This document shows, in pieces, positions 27,690 to 40,500 of a DNA stretch of 64,000 nucleotides. A program made the position numbers and the translations under genes. This DNA is from Octopus vulgaris. Lineage: Eukaryota. The notes beneath the pieces are model-generated. The model did no database searches and had not been told where the DNA came from. It saw only the letters and a list, made by a program, of their open reading frames with translations. The stretch lies in contig OX597815.1 in NCBI GenBank assembly GCA_951406725.2, positions 48,546,001 through 48,610,000 on the forward strand, in the 5' to 3' direction. Each line of letters starts with the position of its first letter. Positions within the stretch are counted from its first letter, which is position 1.

Positions 27690-28000
27690 GAATTCAGCTA
27701 CTCCATTAAGAACATCCCTACACCATCTAACAAGCTGTACCTCGAATGCTGCTGGAAAAAATGATGAACTTAATAAGGTGAATGCAATGGAAAGCATTCT
27801 ACCATGACCTAGCAATACCATCCCTGGAGAACAACACATACGGGACCCTGGTTAACCCCATAAACTGGCTATATTTATCTTTATTAATATATATTGAAAA
27901 TAATATAAACAGGGCTGATTTAGTTTTCCCTCCATCGATTGAAAAAAATGATGAACAACCTTAATTGATTTTCAAACCTTATTGGGTTCTCATCAGAGGT
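27690..28000 (+). mobile_element. Penelope-like element remnant: N-terminal ORF fragment plus inverted hammerhead-bearing segment
   Basis: FSYSIKNIPTPSNKLYL...MLLEK..ELIR*MQWKAFY resembles the YSxKNIPxP...RMRWKA N-terminus of Penelope-like ORFs. Hammerhead on the - strand at 27958-28000. Confidence 0.6.
27958..28000 (-). ncRNA. Minimal type I hammerhead ribozyme motif, core intact
   Basis: Reverse complement: acct CTGATGA gaacc caataa ggttt GAAA atcaat TA aggt; stem III AATCAATT is one change from the palindrome AATCGATT. Confidence 0.7.
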
Positions 28001-28108
28001 ATTTACATCTATTTGGCCAACTCCAGAGAAATGAGCACCAAATTTATATAGACAACAATTGTTGTAGTTAGAGAGAATTGGAGCCACTAATTAACATACT
28101 GTGTTAAC

Positions 28109-28145
<37 letters not shown>

Positions 28146-28147
<2 letters not shown>

Positions 28148-28335
28148 TCCATGATAGATTGCTAGCCACTAAACTTTTTTCTATTTTCTCTCCCTGTTTA
28201 TTTCTGTGTTCCATTCTGTTGAAGAGCATAGGATCAAAATGTAAAAGACTTTCTCTCTTCCTGAGCATTAAACTAATACACGTTTGTTGTTTACACCCCC
28301 GTCTTTGTCTTTTATTTTTTGTAAATTCTCACTAT
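28146..28335 (+). mobile_element. Short repeat between (TA)n tracts carrying a hammerhead-like motif (CTGTTGA variant); second copy at 61160-61370 (-)
   Basis: catt CTGTTGA agagc atag gatc aAAA tg TA aaag at 28212-28248; flanks homologous to the 61160-61370 copy. Confidence 0.55.
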
Positions 28336-28356
28336 ATATATATATGTATGTATATA

Positions 28357-28406
<50 letters not shown>

Positions 28407-28597
28407 TACACGCATATATGTAAAGACATGAGAAAATGAAAATGGAAATTACTTTCATGGTGATTTTTTCAATCCATCATACACTGGTACCTTGCAGATG
28501 AGATACTGTACAAATATTTGTAGTGCATCACAGGTGCTGATTTATTTGCCATTTCACTTGTTTATACATCACAGTTTATATAAAAATTGAAATAGAG

Positions 28598-28780
28598 GGA
28601 ATGGAGCAGGTAAAATCCAGGTTACATATGTTTCTTAGCTAGCAGAATCTCAGAAGTAATAATTACTCAATGAAGGGTACTCCACTAGCTACTCATCAGG
28701 CCGAAGATACCTTAGTTAAATGAAAGTTACATTGTCATCAAAAGATGCTAAGTTAACTTGCAGGAGATTTGATCAAGATT
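28598..28780 (-). repeat. Dispersed repeat, homologous to 53070-53225 (+)
   Basis: Shared TGGATTTTACCTGCTCCATTCCC and TTCGGCCTGAT.A.TAGCTAGTGGA. Confidence 0.7.
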
Positions 28781-29031
28781 TTTGATCAAATTTTCAGTGA
28801 GTTGACTTCCTTTCCTTTTTCAAAAGAAAAAAAAGAAAAAAAAGAAAAGAAAAGACAGATAGCAAAATGTATATAACTGTAAATAATAGCATATAAATAT
28901 CGGATTAAAAAGTTATTTGGAGAGAAAAAGTCTGAGGCTTCATGGGAATTGAACCAACATCTCCTGTAAACATGTGTTTGTATAAACACACACACACACA
29001 TATGCATACATAAAAAATATGTATATAGATA

Positions 29032-29110
<79 letters not shown>

Positions 29111-29580
29111 ACTGACTGTGTTTACATGTGTGTACCAGTGAGTGTGTGACTATATAGTTTAGGAAGGATTTATAACGACTTAGCATTATCTTGTAAAGTC
29201 TAGCTTAAATCTTTTGTTTAGTTCTGTTTAGTCATCTAGCTGAAGAGCATTTATCTTACTGAAGGAACAGCAAACACATATCAACATCTTATCACTTTCA
29301 AAGTGACATAAAATAATTTATTGCATGAAGTAACACAGATCTGTTAACTTCCATAGATTCTGTTTTTCTACAGATTACCATTTTTTTTTCTTACTTACTT
29401 CTAATCTCAAAGTGAACTTTATCTGAAATGGTGGGAGAATTTTATTTGATATGTATTTTATATTTATCCATTTTAATAAATATATCCTAAGATTCAAGTA
29501 AGAAGTCTTTATTTAGATGTCGGATGATAGTAACGACAACATTAACAGTAATAAGCAATAATATTAATCATGTATTTTCT

Positions 29581-29614
<34 letters not shown>

Positions 29615-29626
29615 GTAGTAGTAGTA

Positions 29627-29693
<67 letters not shown>

Positions 29694-29739
29694 TAATAAT
29701 AATCAGAAGAAGAAGAAGAAGAAGAAGAAGAAGAAGAAT

Positions 29740-29955
29740 CCTTTCTACTAAAGGTGCAAGGCCCGACATTTTGTGGAAGGGGACCAGTCAATTATATTGA
29801 CTCCAGTTTTTTACTGGTACTTAATACATCAACCCTGAAAGGATGAAAGGCAAAGTTGATCCTGGCTGAATTTAAACTCAGAACATAAAGATGGATGAAA
29901 TGCTGCTAAGCATCTTGCCTGGTATGCTAATGTTTCTGCCAGCTTGCAGCCTTAA
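29740..29955 (-). mobile_element. SINE family B flanked by (AAT)/(GAA)/(GAT) tracts
   Basis: Match to family B. Confidence 0.8.
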
Positions 29956-29966
29956 TAATAATAATA

Positions 29967-30034
<68 letters not shown>

Positions 30035-30100
30035 AATCATGATGATATGATGTTGATGACGATGATGATTATGATGATGATGATGATTATGATGATGATG

Positions 30101-30345
30101 ATAATTGCTGGGCTCTTGGGAACAGTATCAGAAGGCATCAAGGGAAATATAAAGTAAACTGGAATTGAGTTTTCAGTAGAACTGTCACAAAAGGTTTGCC
30201 TCCTTGGTATAGCCAGAATAATCAGGAAAGTATTTGGTAGCTAAAAAGAATGGATAACATGGTACTGTAGGCTGCAGGTAGCAAGCCTGCTACACATGTA
30301 AGACTCCAGGAGTTCCAACAAAACCTGTGATAAAGAGAAATAATA
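30101..30345 (+). mobile_element. 3' fragment of a second Dong/R4-like family
   Basis: IIAGLLGTVSEGIKGNIK*TGIEFSVELSQKVCLLGIARIIRKVF (RLE C-terminal motif), 3'UTR hairpin, ends in AATAATAATAA; preceded by (GAT)n. Confidence 0.7.
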
Positions 30346-30479
30346 ATAACAAGAGCACTCAGGGAGCACAAACCTCCACCAAGGCAACAGCAATGTCCTC
30401 TCAAAGGTAAGCCAGAGATGATTTTTAAAATGAGAATATCTGAGATCAACTCGACTGTCCTCACAAATGAATATACTAT

Positions 30480-30960
30480 AATAAGGTCTGCAAGCACATG
30501 CAAACTCCCCATCCGATACCATATTGTTGCATGCTACATATATTTTCACTACCGTACTTGACTGTGCTGTAAAGGTAACAAAGAGCCAAAAGTCAATATT
30601 TTCACCAGAACCAATGTCCCTGACCATAACATTCGTGTTTTGGTTTCTGTATACTGCTGGCAATTATCTCTTTTTTGTCTTAAAGACTGTACACACATTT
30701 TCATATGTAATGCTCTACCTAGGAGGCAAATGTTACCATACATTGGTCAGGATGTTCTCGTTTTGCTCCTTGTAATTTCCTGAGGCAATTCTCTGGGCAA
30801 GGATGTACTATCTTTTGTGACAATCATCTTCCTTTGACACATTTACTTTTCTTGCAGTGCATTCATGTGCATAGTTTCTTTCTGGTTTACAATGTTAGTA
30901 AAGTTTAAACTGTTGCTGCCTTTGTCACTAAAGTTTGCTGCTTGTGTTTGGAAAAGTTTA
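30480..30960 (-). pseudogene. Possible decayed Gypsy gag-protease fragment
   Basis: MPAVYRNQNTNVMVRDIGSG resembles the MPV..G.VNG..V.VLRDTG protease motif; weak. Confidence 0.3.
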
Positions 30961-31745
30961 AATCTTCTGTTACAGGCATTTTTTTATGGCAACTACAACG
31001 ACAATGATGATGGCAACATTGGTGATTGGTTCCACAAGTCCGATAAGTGGAGAATATTACAGAGATGGTTTGCAAATTTATATTCCAATTATATTTTTCT
31101 TATATCAAATAAAAAAGAAAAAATAGGTCTATAATGAATGGGATTAAATCTCTCTTTCTCTCTGTCTGTCTGTATGTATGCATGCATCACTCTCTGTCTA
31201 TGTATGTATGCATCTATCTATCTATCTATCTATTTATCTGTCTATTGTTATATATATATATATATATATATATACATAATTACATATATACATTCACACA
31301 TACACACACACACACACACATATATATATCAATTGAAATAATAAATGAAGTGTGCTTTAATCGTAGACAAGAAGAAAGATAAAAATATAATAGAAAAAAA
31401 AACTGAGATTTAATAGTTATAAAAATATATGATAAAAATGAAGCAGATTAGGAGAGAAAGATTTTTCCGATCTTATTTTTATGTAATGTTTGCATGTGGA
31501 GATTTTATCTATTTATCAATTTTTTCTGCATGGTTCTGTTTCTTTCTCTCTTTTATTGTTCTTTTATATTTGTTAACCCACATTTTCTGGTTTATATATG
31601 ATTGTATGTTTGCTTGTCTGATTATATATTTGTGGATGTAGTCAGCATTTTCTTGAAGGCAGAGTAAGCCCAAGAGCTATATAACTGATCCACAGCCCAA
31701 TGAATTGCTGCTATTGCAGTTTAAGTTTGGTGGGAATTATCCTGC

Positions 31746-31935
<190 letters not shown>

Positions 31936-32679
31936 CCATATATCTATCCTATCCATAGATCTATCTATCTATCTGTGTGTGTGTATGTGTGTGTGTATGT
32001 GTGTGTGTATATATATGTATATATACATACACACAGACATATACACACATAAACACATACACACACACATACTAGAGGTAAAAGTTAAGCAAATTGTTTT
32101 ATTTAATCCACCTTTCAACATATACATTTTCACACCAGTAGCCACTCCTTTTCTCAAAATCCTACCAAAATATATACACTTTTCTCTTTACCGTAAATGT
32201 TACAATAAGTTAATAAACAAAATGTAAAAATATAACTAATAACTTCGCATAGAATATAACTAATTCTAAAAATTAAAAAAAAAAACTAAACAGGGAAAGT
32301 CACAGATACAAATTGTAAGTACAGCAATCTATTACATATCTTTTAAACAGAAAATACCTTGCTAGTAACCTAATCCATTGCTGCATTTTATATAGGTTTA
32401 ACACATCCATATATGTTGTAACTTGATTAGAAATATGATTCTTCATTACGCTAGCAATTTAAGACTAGAAATATTCTCCACTATATTAACTGGAATATAT
32501 TTGCATTGATCTGGTCTTACCATGTCGTTAACAAACCATGTAAACTATGTATTTCAGAATCATTTTCTTCTCTAAAATAAACTTAACCACAAAACTGAAC
32601 TGATTTCATCATTTAAACAAAATATCCTTAGAACTTATTATCTTTCTCAGCAAAAACTAATACTTTATAAGTTACGATG

Positions 32680-32975
32680 ACAGGGGTTCCAATCCACCTG
32701 ATCAACAGACCAGCCTGCTCATGAAATTAACGTGAAAGTAGCTGAGATCTCCACAGACATGCATACTCTTAATGAATCTCAGGAAGATTCAGCCTGACAC
32801 AGAATGTGATGAGGCTGGCCCTTGGAACTACAAGTACAGCTCACTTTCACCAGCTGAGTGAACTAGGGCAATGTGAAATAAAGGCTCTTGCTCAAGGATA
32901 CAACCTGCCACTAGGAATCGAACACCCAAACTTATGATCAACAACTGAATACTCCAAGTCACTAAGCCATGTGAC
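32680..32975 (-). mobile_element. tRNA-derived SINE related to family C
   Basis: Reverse complement has ATGGCTTAGTG A-box, GTTCGATTCC B-box and TTGAGCAAG...TTTATTTCACATTG...CACTCAGCTG domain shared with 44030. Confidence 0.7.
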
Positions 32976-33896
32976 ATCATTTCCCCCAAAAATAATTGAG
33001 CTCCCTATTGCCTTTTCTATGCATACATCTTCACATCCTATGTTATTCATCCAGTATACCATTATCACCCCTCAAAAAAGCTCCTTCCATTATTTTTGTT
33101 TAATTTTTGCGCTCCGTTCATTACCATTTATGTTATTGGTTCACTTTAGATATATTGCACTGATTTTAAAATTATCTTAACCTGAATTCTACATACTCTT
33201 ACAACGATCACACTATGAATATTAAACTGGCTCCACATTTCATTCATTCTAGATTATTTTTATTGAGGCTTCATGTGAAAACATGAACTTGCACATATAT
33301 ATATATATATATATATGAGTAAATGGACAAATGAAGAAAAAGGCACTGAACACATATAGTAAGAGTTACATTTATTATTTAAAACAATTTGATACGGTTC
33401 CATGTGCCTTAAAGTTTTGCAGGCCTCTAGCAAAAGCCCATCTCTGTCAGGCATAAATTTGGTAATCTAAGCCAGAAAGCGATGGCCTACAAAACTTGTA
33501 TGAAGCCACATCAAACTGTTTTAAATTATATATATATATATGTATGTATGTATCAGTGTATATATATATATATATATACACATCTGTGTGTGTTTAGGCA
33601 TATGTGTATTTGTGTGTGTGCATGTATGTACTTAATGGTCTAGTTTTACATGCAAATGTATTTTTGTGTAGGTCTGTAGTTGCATGCCAATATATCTTTC
33701 TACTTGCATGTGACTGTATGTGTGTGTATGTATATATATACATACATACATACATATATATGCATAAATCTTTACATATGTCTGGTATGTATGTGCATTC
33801 ATGTGTATGTATACAATGGATTATATATAGTATTTTGTATTGTTGTGTATATAATATGGTGTGGAATATGCTAATCAAAATGACATACAGGCACAA

Positions 33897-33902
33897 TGAT
33901 AG

Positions 33903-33987
<85 letters not shown>

Positions 33988-34005
33988 GAGAGATAGCTAG
34001 ATAGG
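33897..34005. repeat. (GATA)n microsatellite
   Basis: Direct observation. Confidence 0.95.
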
Positions 34006-34290
34006 CATACATAAATACAAATTAAAAATTGATAGATAGCAAGGTAAGTTGGTAGATAGGTAGGTAGGTAAGTTGGTAAGTAAGCATCTAGGCAGAATAT
34101 ATCTGTTCATATAAAGTGTATCTTTTGTGGTAATGGCTTGAGAATGGCCCAGTCATCCATGATCATTCTCTGCTATAAGCCTCTGCCAAAAGATATTACA
34201 GAGATGATGGGTAAGATGAGTAAAGGGGAGACAAATGTGTTAGATACAAATACCTACACACACACACGCACACACACATACACACACACA

Positions 34291-34334
<44 letters not shown>

Positions 34335-34493
34335 TATATAATCATTTTCCAAATGCACAATAATGACAATGCAGCAACAACAACGAAATGAATCAATGAC
34401 ATTCATGCAACCTGCTTCATAGAAATAGTAGCCAAATACTCCTTCTAAGATTAGTACACTCTAAAACTTTTAAAAGAGAACGTTTGATAATGT

Positions 34494-35027
34494 AATAGAA
34501 ATATTATCATTTCTAAGTCTCGCTAAAGGAGACTATGGCAGTGGTACTGGATATCAATAGTTACCGACAAGCTAATATGGCAGTCCAGAAATATAGGACG
34601 AATGCTGCTGTTGATTAGCTTCAAGAGGCCATCGCCTCTAGCTAGCTATGTAACACACGAACCTGTGTCCATTATAACCTTCGAACAGGGGAGGTCAGCA
34701 GCTTCCCCTTGCTGGTCAGGCATCTGCAGACTAGTTTCAGGGTATTTGCCCTTTATCAATGCAGAGCAGCTGAACCCAGCAGGCATTGCTACTGACTGTC
34801 TGTTTGAAGGATTATTTACCTAAATTCAGTGAAATACAACCACTGGTTTTCAAAAATAGAAATATTATTATTTCTAAGTCTCTCTAAAGAAGACTACGGC
34901 AGCGGTACTGGATATTAATAGTTATCACCAAGCTAATATGGCAGTCCATAAATATAGGATGAATGTTGCCGTTGATTAGCTCCAAGAGGCCATCGCTTCT
35001 AGCTAGCTATGTGTCACATGAACTTGT
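34494..35027 (-). mobile_element. Retrozyme-like / Penelope-associated tandem repeat, 361-bp unit, about 1.5 copies
   Basis: 34494-34666 is repeated at 34855-35027; a hammerhead motif lies between the copies. Confidence 0.7.
34723..34765 (-). ncRNA. Minimal type I hammerhead ribozyme motif (two core substitutions)
   Basis: Reverse complement: tctgca tTGATaA aggg caaata ccct GAAA ctag TC tgcaga; perfect 6-bp stem I, 4-bp stem II, palindromic ACTAGT stem III, GUC site. Confidence 0.7.
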
Positions 35028-35489
35028 AGTTTGAAATATATCTGAAGAGAAAAAAATGGCAATGAAGTCACAGTTGGTGAACTTTTGTACATAGGTATGT
35101 CTGATGAAGGATAGCCACAGTGACAGCAACCACAAGTGTTTAGATGACTACAACTACTACTACTACTACTGCTGCTGTCGCCACTGCCGCCACTGCCGCT
35201 GCCGCTGCCGCCACCACCACCACCACCACCACTACTACTACTACTACTACAAAAGCAAAAGTAACATAGCCACTATCACCACCACCCTCACTACCTTCAT
35301 CCTTACTACTTCCATCCTTATTGCTATTATCACAATTACTATCACTATGCCCACCACTCATATTTATTCTTTCAGTCTCTTTTAGTTTCCCTCCACTCAC
35401 AAGGCTTTGGTCGACCCGAGTCTATAGTAGAATTCACTTGCCCAAGGTGCCATGCAGTGGGACTGAACCTAGAACCATGTGAACACACA

Positions 35490-35613
35490 TTTGGATGAGC
35501 TCAGGACCACCGGCCTGACATGGGAAGCAGCCAATGACTGCAAAAAGGGGAAAACAACTGTTGAGGCCGTATGCTCCCCAAGGGGTAAAAAGGATTAAGA
35601 AGAAGAAGAAGAA
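35490..35613 (+). mobile_element. RTE-like LINE extreme 3' end with (GAA)n tail
   Basis: DELRTTGLTWEAANDCKKGKTTVEAVCSPRGKKD* followed directly by (GAA)n. Confidence 0.55.
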
Positions 35614-35629
35614 TGCCCACCACTACCAT

Positions 35630-36030
35630 TATTCAAGAAGTTAACGAGGATTTCACCAAAGAGGAAAACCTCAATTCTTAAACCTTTCAGCCTCGTCCAC
35701 CTCTTGACTTCTTTCACCATAGGTACGAGGCAAAAGAAGATCAGTGTGTCGAAGAAAGGTGGTTGGGTGATCTTCACAATAGTCTTGACTGGTAGCAAAA
35801 CCTGTCTCCCATGTAATCACAGTTGTTCAACAAAACCCTATAAAATCAGTAAGTCTTTAACACTGAATGAGTACATGTCAGATGGTTTTTGTTGCCCTGT
35901 ATGCATCTCTAATAGGTTTGGTTGTTGATGGTTTTAACATGACCAAGCTTGTAGAGTTTTTCCTGAGCACTAAAAGCTCTCCTGCCTTGCTTGTGTCATT
36001 ACCAAGCCAAAGGCTTTTGGAACTGTCCAT
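35630..36030 (-). mobile_element. Decayed L1/Tx1-like LINE 3' fragment
   Basis: KLYKLGHV...RCIQGNKNHLTC / TI*HVLIQC knuckle-like region; IFFCLVPMVKEVKRWTRLKGL...FLFGEILVNF. Confidence 0.5.
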
Positions 36031-36034
36031 AGAC

Positions 36035-36435
36035 ACAGGCGTGACTGTGTGGTAAGAAGCTTGCTAGGCACAGGCATTGCTGTATGGTAAGAAGTTCCCA
36101 ACCACATGGTTCTAGGTTCAGTCCCACTGCATGGCACCTTGGGCAAGCGAATTCTACTACAGACTTGGGTCGACCAAAGTCTTGTGAGTGAACGGAAACT
36201 AAAAGAAGCCCATCATATATATGTATGTGTGTGTGTGTTTCAGTCTTTGTGTCTACATTTGTCCCCATCACCGTTTTACAACCAGTGTTAGTTTGTTTAT
36301 GTCCCTGTAACTCAGCAGTTCAGCAAAGAGACTGAAAGAATAAGTATGAGTCTTGAAAAAGCAAGTACTAAAAAATTTTAAAGGCGGTGCCCCAGCATGG
36401 TCACAGTCTAATGACTGAAACAGGAAAAAGATAAA
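36035..36435 (+). mobile_element. SINE family A with duplicated head
   Basis: CACAGGC.T..CTGT.TGGTAAGAAG occurs at both 36034 and 36069. Confidence 0.75.
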
Positions 36436-37199
36436 CCAAGACACAAGAAGTCCTTGGTGATGCATAGCATCATCCCAAAGCCATCATTGCTTATGTTCTC
36501 CTCTAAACCTCAATAGAAGGTGAGGGATGACTTTCTGCTGACCAGATTGTCCAGCTGGGTAGATAGATCCTCCACCAAAAATAGCACTAGTGATGACCCA
36601 CTCTATGATGTATCACATAAAGCAGGGGTTATCATGCATAAATATACTGAGGATGCTACAACTTTATGTGTTTTCCTCTGTACTACCCGATGATAGCACC
36701 GAAATCTTGGTAGAAACCTTTGTCAAAATCTTTAATTCTGTGTTGAGCTAACTACTCAAATTATGGACAACTTACAGTATCTGTATTGGATAAACTAATA
36801 AAGGCACTAAATATGGAATAGTTCTACATTGGTGCATTTGAGAAATCCAAATAACAAGTGACTGACAATTGGAACCGCTTGTGCCACCCAATTATCCTAT
36901 AAGCTACTCCTATACAATTCTAGCTGCCCCTTAACACTAATGTGCCAGATATTCTTTGGCTTTCATACCACTGTAATAGAATAAACAACCACTTATACTA
37001 TTTCTCATGTCTCAGACCACTGGCCTTCTGAGCAACAATGAAAAAAATTGTGGATTTCTAGTATAGTACACAGCTACATTTTTTTTTTCACTGTTTGGGG
37101 AGAGAAAGAAGGAGCAGAATCATTGAAAGCAAAGAAGGAGAGAGAAAGCTTTTTAAAACTAGAGATTTGCACGGAATGACTGCAACAGTTCTACATTCC

Positions 37200-37725
37200 A
37201 CTATTATACATTGCTGTAGAAATCTACACAATTTTATCTGAACTATAAACATCCAGACATCTCTACAGATATTATCTCAACAAAAATTTACACAACTCAT
37301 AACTTCACTCCAGCCCTCCCAGCTTCACATGTCACTACATAGCTCACCACAAATCTATGCATATCTATATAGCTTTATACAGCTCTACATATCTCTGTAT
37401 AACAGTACACATCTCTGTACAACTATACTGATCTCTACATATGTCTACACATCTCCTAAAATGTCTACAGATACCTATGCGTCTCCACAGGTCTCTACAC
37501 AACTGTACAAATATCGTCACAACTCTACATAGTATACACATTTCTCCTCATTTCCACACAAGTAAACACAAATTTATACATCTCTACATACCTCTACACA
37601 TTACTACATGACTATACACATCATTATACAACTCTACATATTTCTACATGGCTCAACAAAACTCTACATATCTCTACATTATTCTACACATCTCTGTAAA
37701 TATCTTAATCTATACAAACTCTAAA
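37200..37725. repeat. Degenerate ~10-bp tandem repeat (TCTCTACACA-like)
   Basis: CTCTACA core recurs throughout. Confidence 0.75.
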
Positions 37726-37814
37726 AAGGAAGAAATAGTCCATAAAAAATTGAAATGCACCTGAAGTTCCTCTCTTCACTAACTGCATCGGAGTTTTTTA
37801 ATATACTTACTTAG

Positions 37815-38235
37815 CAGGCATGGTTGTATGGTTCAGAATCTTCACATGGCCACCACATGGTTCATGGTTTCAGGTTCAAGTCCCAATGCACAGCACCTTG
37901 GACATATGTCTTCTACTGTAGCACTGGGTTGACCTATGCCTCGTAAGTAAATATGATATATGGAAACTGTGAGGAAGCAAGTCATGTATATGTGTGTTAG
38001 TGAATGTATTTGTGTTAGTGTGAATGTGTTTTTTGTCTGCCATTACTGCATGCCAACTATTATAGGTTTGTTAATGTTTCCAATAACTCAGCAGTTTGGC
38101 AAAAGATACCAATAAATTAAGTACCAAACTTAGAATAAAAAAAAAATACTGGGGGTGATTTCTTCAATTTAAATCCTTCAAGGCAGTGCCTCTGTAAGGC
38201 CGCAGTTGAATGATGGAAACAAATAAAAGATAAAA
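37815..38235 (+). mobile_element. Diverged SINE family A
   Basis: Match to family A. Confidence 0.7.
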
Positions 38236-38439
38236 AAACAAAACACAGAAACATGTCTATGTGTAGTAATCTGTCCATGTTCACATTGCAGTGCATGTAT
38301 ACGTAAGTACTTGTGGACCAGGTGGTGCTGTTAAACTAGGAGACTGGTTAAGTCTAACACTCAGTTGATTTATATAATGTGACTCGTTCTTCATTTAAAT
38401 GATGATGTGTTTACTTTAGAATTGTAACTACGGTTTTTA

Positions 38440-38519
38440 CCAAGCACTACTACTACTATCACCAACTACTAACACTATCACCACTGCCACCATCACCGCC
38501 ACTACTACTACTTCTGCTG

Positions 38520-38562
<43 letters not shown>

Positions 38563-39090
38563 CATCACCATCACCACCAACACAACCACTACTACCACCA
38601 TCACCACTACCACCACCACTATTACTACTGCAAGCACTACTGCTGTTACTAATATAATAATTATAAGTGACAGTACTTGTAGTATTACCACAACTTTCAT
38701 CCCCTTCCAGAACCACTTCATCTCCCAATACAGTTATGACCACCACGACTGTGATCACAACAATGATGATCACCAGCACCACCACCACCACATTACTGGG
38801 CCCACAACCACCACCACCACTACTACTACTACTTTGCTCACTACTACAACTACTATTATTACAACCACAACCATTGCTAGCAGTAGAACCACTACCACCA
38901 TCACCACCACTGCCACCAACACCACCCTACTTCTCCCACAACCATTACTACTACTACTACTACTACCACCACTACCACCACCACCACCACAACAACAACA
39001 ACAACAACCACTACTACAATAATTGTTATTACCAGGACCAGTAGCAACAGCAGCAGCAGCACCACCACCACCACCACGACTACTACTACG

Positions 39091-39121
<31 letters not shown>

Positions 39122-39160
39122 AGCTGCTGCCACCATACCACCATCACCACCACTACCCCC
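38440..39160. repeat. Compound (CTA/CCA/CAA/CAG)n low-complexity tract
   Basis: Direct observation. Confidence 0.9.
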
Positions 39161-39837
39161 CCCCCACAAGCCACATGTCTTGACAAAAACTAATCCTGTT
39201 TTGCTATCAAGTAAATGTATCTAAATCCTTGGCACGCTGCATTACATAGCGTGCAGATAATGTTTATTAATGAAAAGCAACTAAATAGCCGGTGCAATGC
39301 ACTGCAATGTTAACATGCAGATTACTGCACATAGACATGTCTAAGCAACTATTTTCTCTGGTGCAGTTAGTGTAAAGAAGAAGTGCCTGTCAAGTTTTGT
39401 GGACTTATTCCTCCTATTTGGAGTCTCTTGCTATGCATGAAAATATGTGGAGTAATTTAGAGCTGTGTAGAGATGTGATGTGTGGTCATGTGGTAAGAAG
39501 TTTGCTTTTCAACCACATGGATTCAGGTGCAGTCCCACTGCATGGCAGCTTTGGCAAATGTCTTCTACTACAGCCTTGGGCTGACCAAAGCCTTGTGTAT
39601 GGATGTGGCAGACAGAAACTGAAGGAAGCCTGTTGTATATGTGTGTGTGTGATGGGTATCTTTACATCTCTGCTTGTTCCCCACCATTGCTTGACAACTG
39701 GAGTTGGTGTGTAAACGTCCATGTCACTTTGCAGTTCAGTAAAGGAGACTAATAAAATTAGCTTAAAAGAAAAAAATGATAAGTACTAGGGTCAATTCAT
39801 TTGACTATAATTCTTCAATGACTGAAACAAGTAATAT

Positions 39838-39871
<34 letters not shown>

Positions 39872-39878
39872 GTATGTA

Positions 39879-40029
39879 TATTAAAAATGGGGAAGGCTGG
39901 TTTATGGGATTACCTTAGGTTTCCTGTTCATAAAGGGTTTAGATTTATGACAATACACCATAAAGCTAAACCCTTTATCGACGGGAAACCTAAGGTAATC
40001 CCATAAACTGGCCTTCCCTATTTTTAATA
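39879..40029. mobile_element. Palindromic MITE-like element (~70-bp arms, 9-nt spacer) in TA context
   Basis: TATTAAAAATGGGGAAGGCTGGTTTATGGGATTACCTTAGGTTTCC... pairs with ...GGAAACCTAAGGTAATCCCATAAACTGGCCTTCCCTATTTTTAATA. Confidence 0.8.
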
Positions 40030-40096
40030 TATATTGCTCTACATCTTAGAGTGTGCTTCTTCTTTCGGATTTATGTGTTTTACAAAGAATATATAT

Positions 40097-40500
40097 AGGT
40101 GCAGGAGTAGCTGTGTGGTAAGTAGCTTACTTACCAACCACATGGTTCCGGGTTCAATCCCACTGCATTGCAACTTGGGTAAGTGTCTTCTACTATAGCC
40201 TCGGGCTGACCAAAGCCTTGTGAGTGGATTTGGTAGACGGAAACTGAAAGAAGCCTGTTGTATATATATGTATGCGTGTATGTGAGTGTATATCTTGTGT
40301 GTCTGTGTTTTTTTCCCCCAATATTGCTTGACAACCAATGCTGGTGTGTTTGCATCCCTGTAATTTAGCAGTTCAGCAAAAGAGACTGATAGAATAAGTA
40401 CTGGGCATATAAAGAATAAGTCCTGTGGTCGATTTGCTTGACAAAAGGCAGTGCTCCAGCATGATGACAGTCAAATGACTCAAAAAAAAGTAAAAGAGTG
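40097..40500 (+). mobile_element. SINE family A, full length
   Basis: Matches 1491-1914. Confidence 0.85.

Noticed and set aside
28680-28705. CTGATGA on the minus strand (also 35101, 45830, 50830, 61620)
   Set aside because: No GAAA, stem III or closing stem I at hammerhead spacing.
36440-37070. Possible decayed Gypsy pol remnant (YDVSHKAG)
   Set aside because: Only one weak motif; not enough to call.
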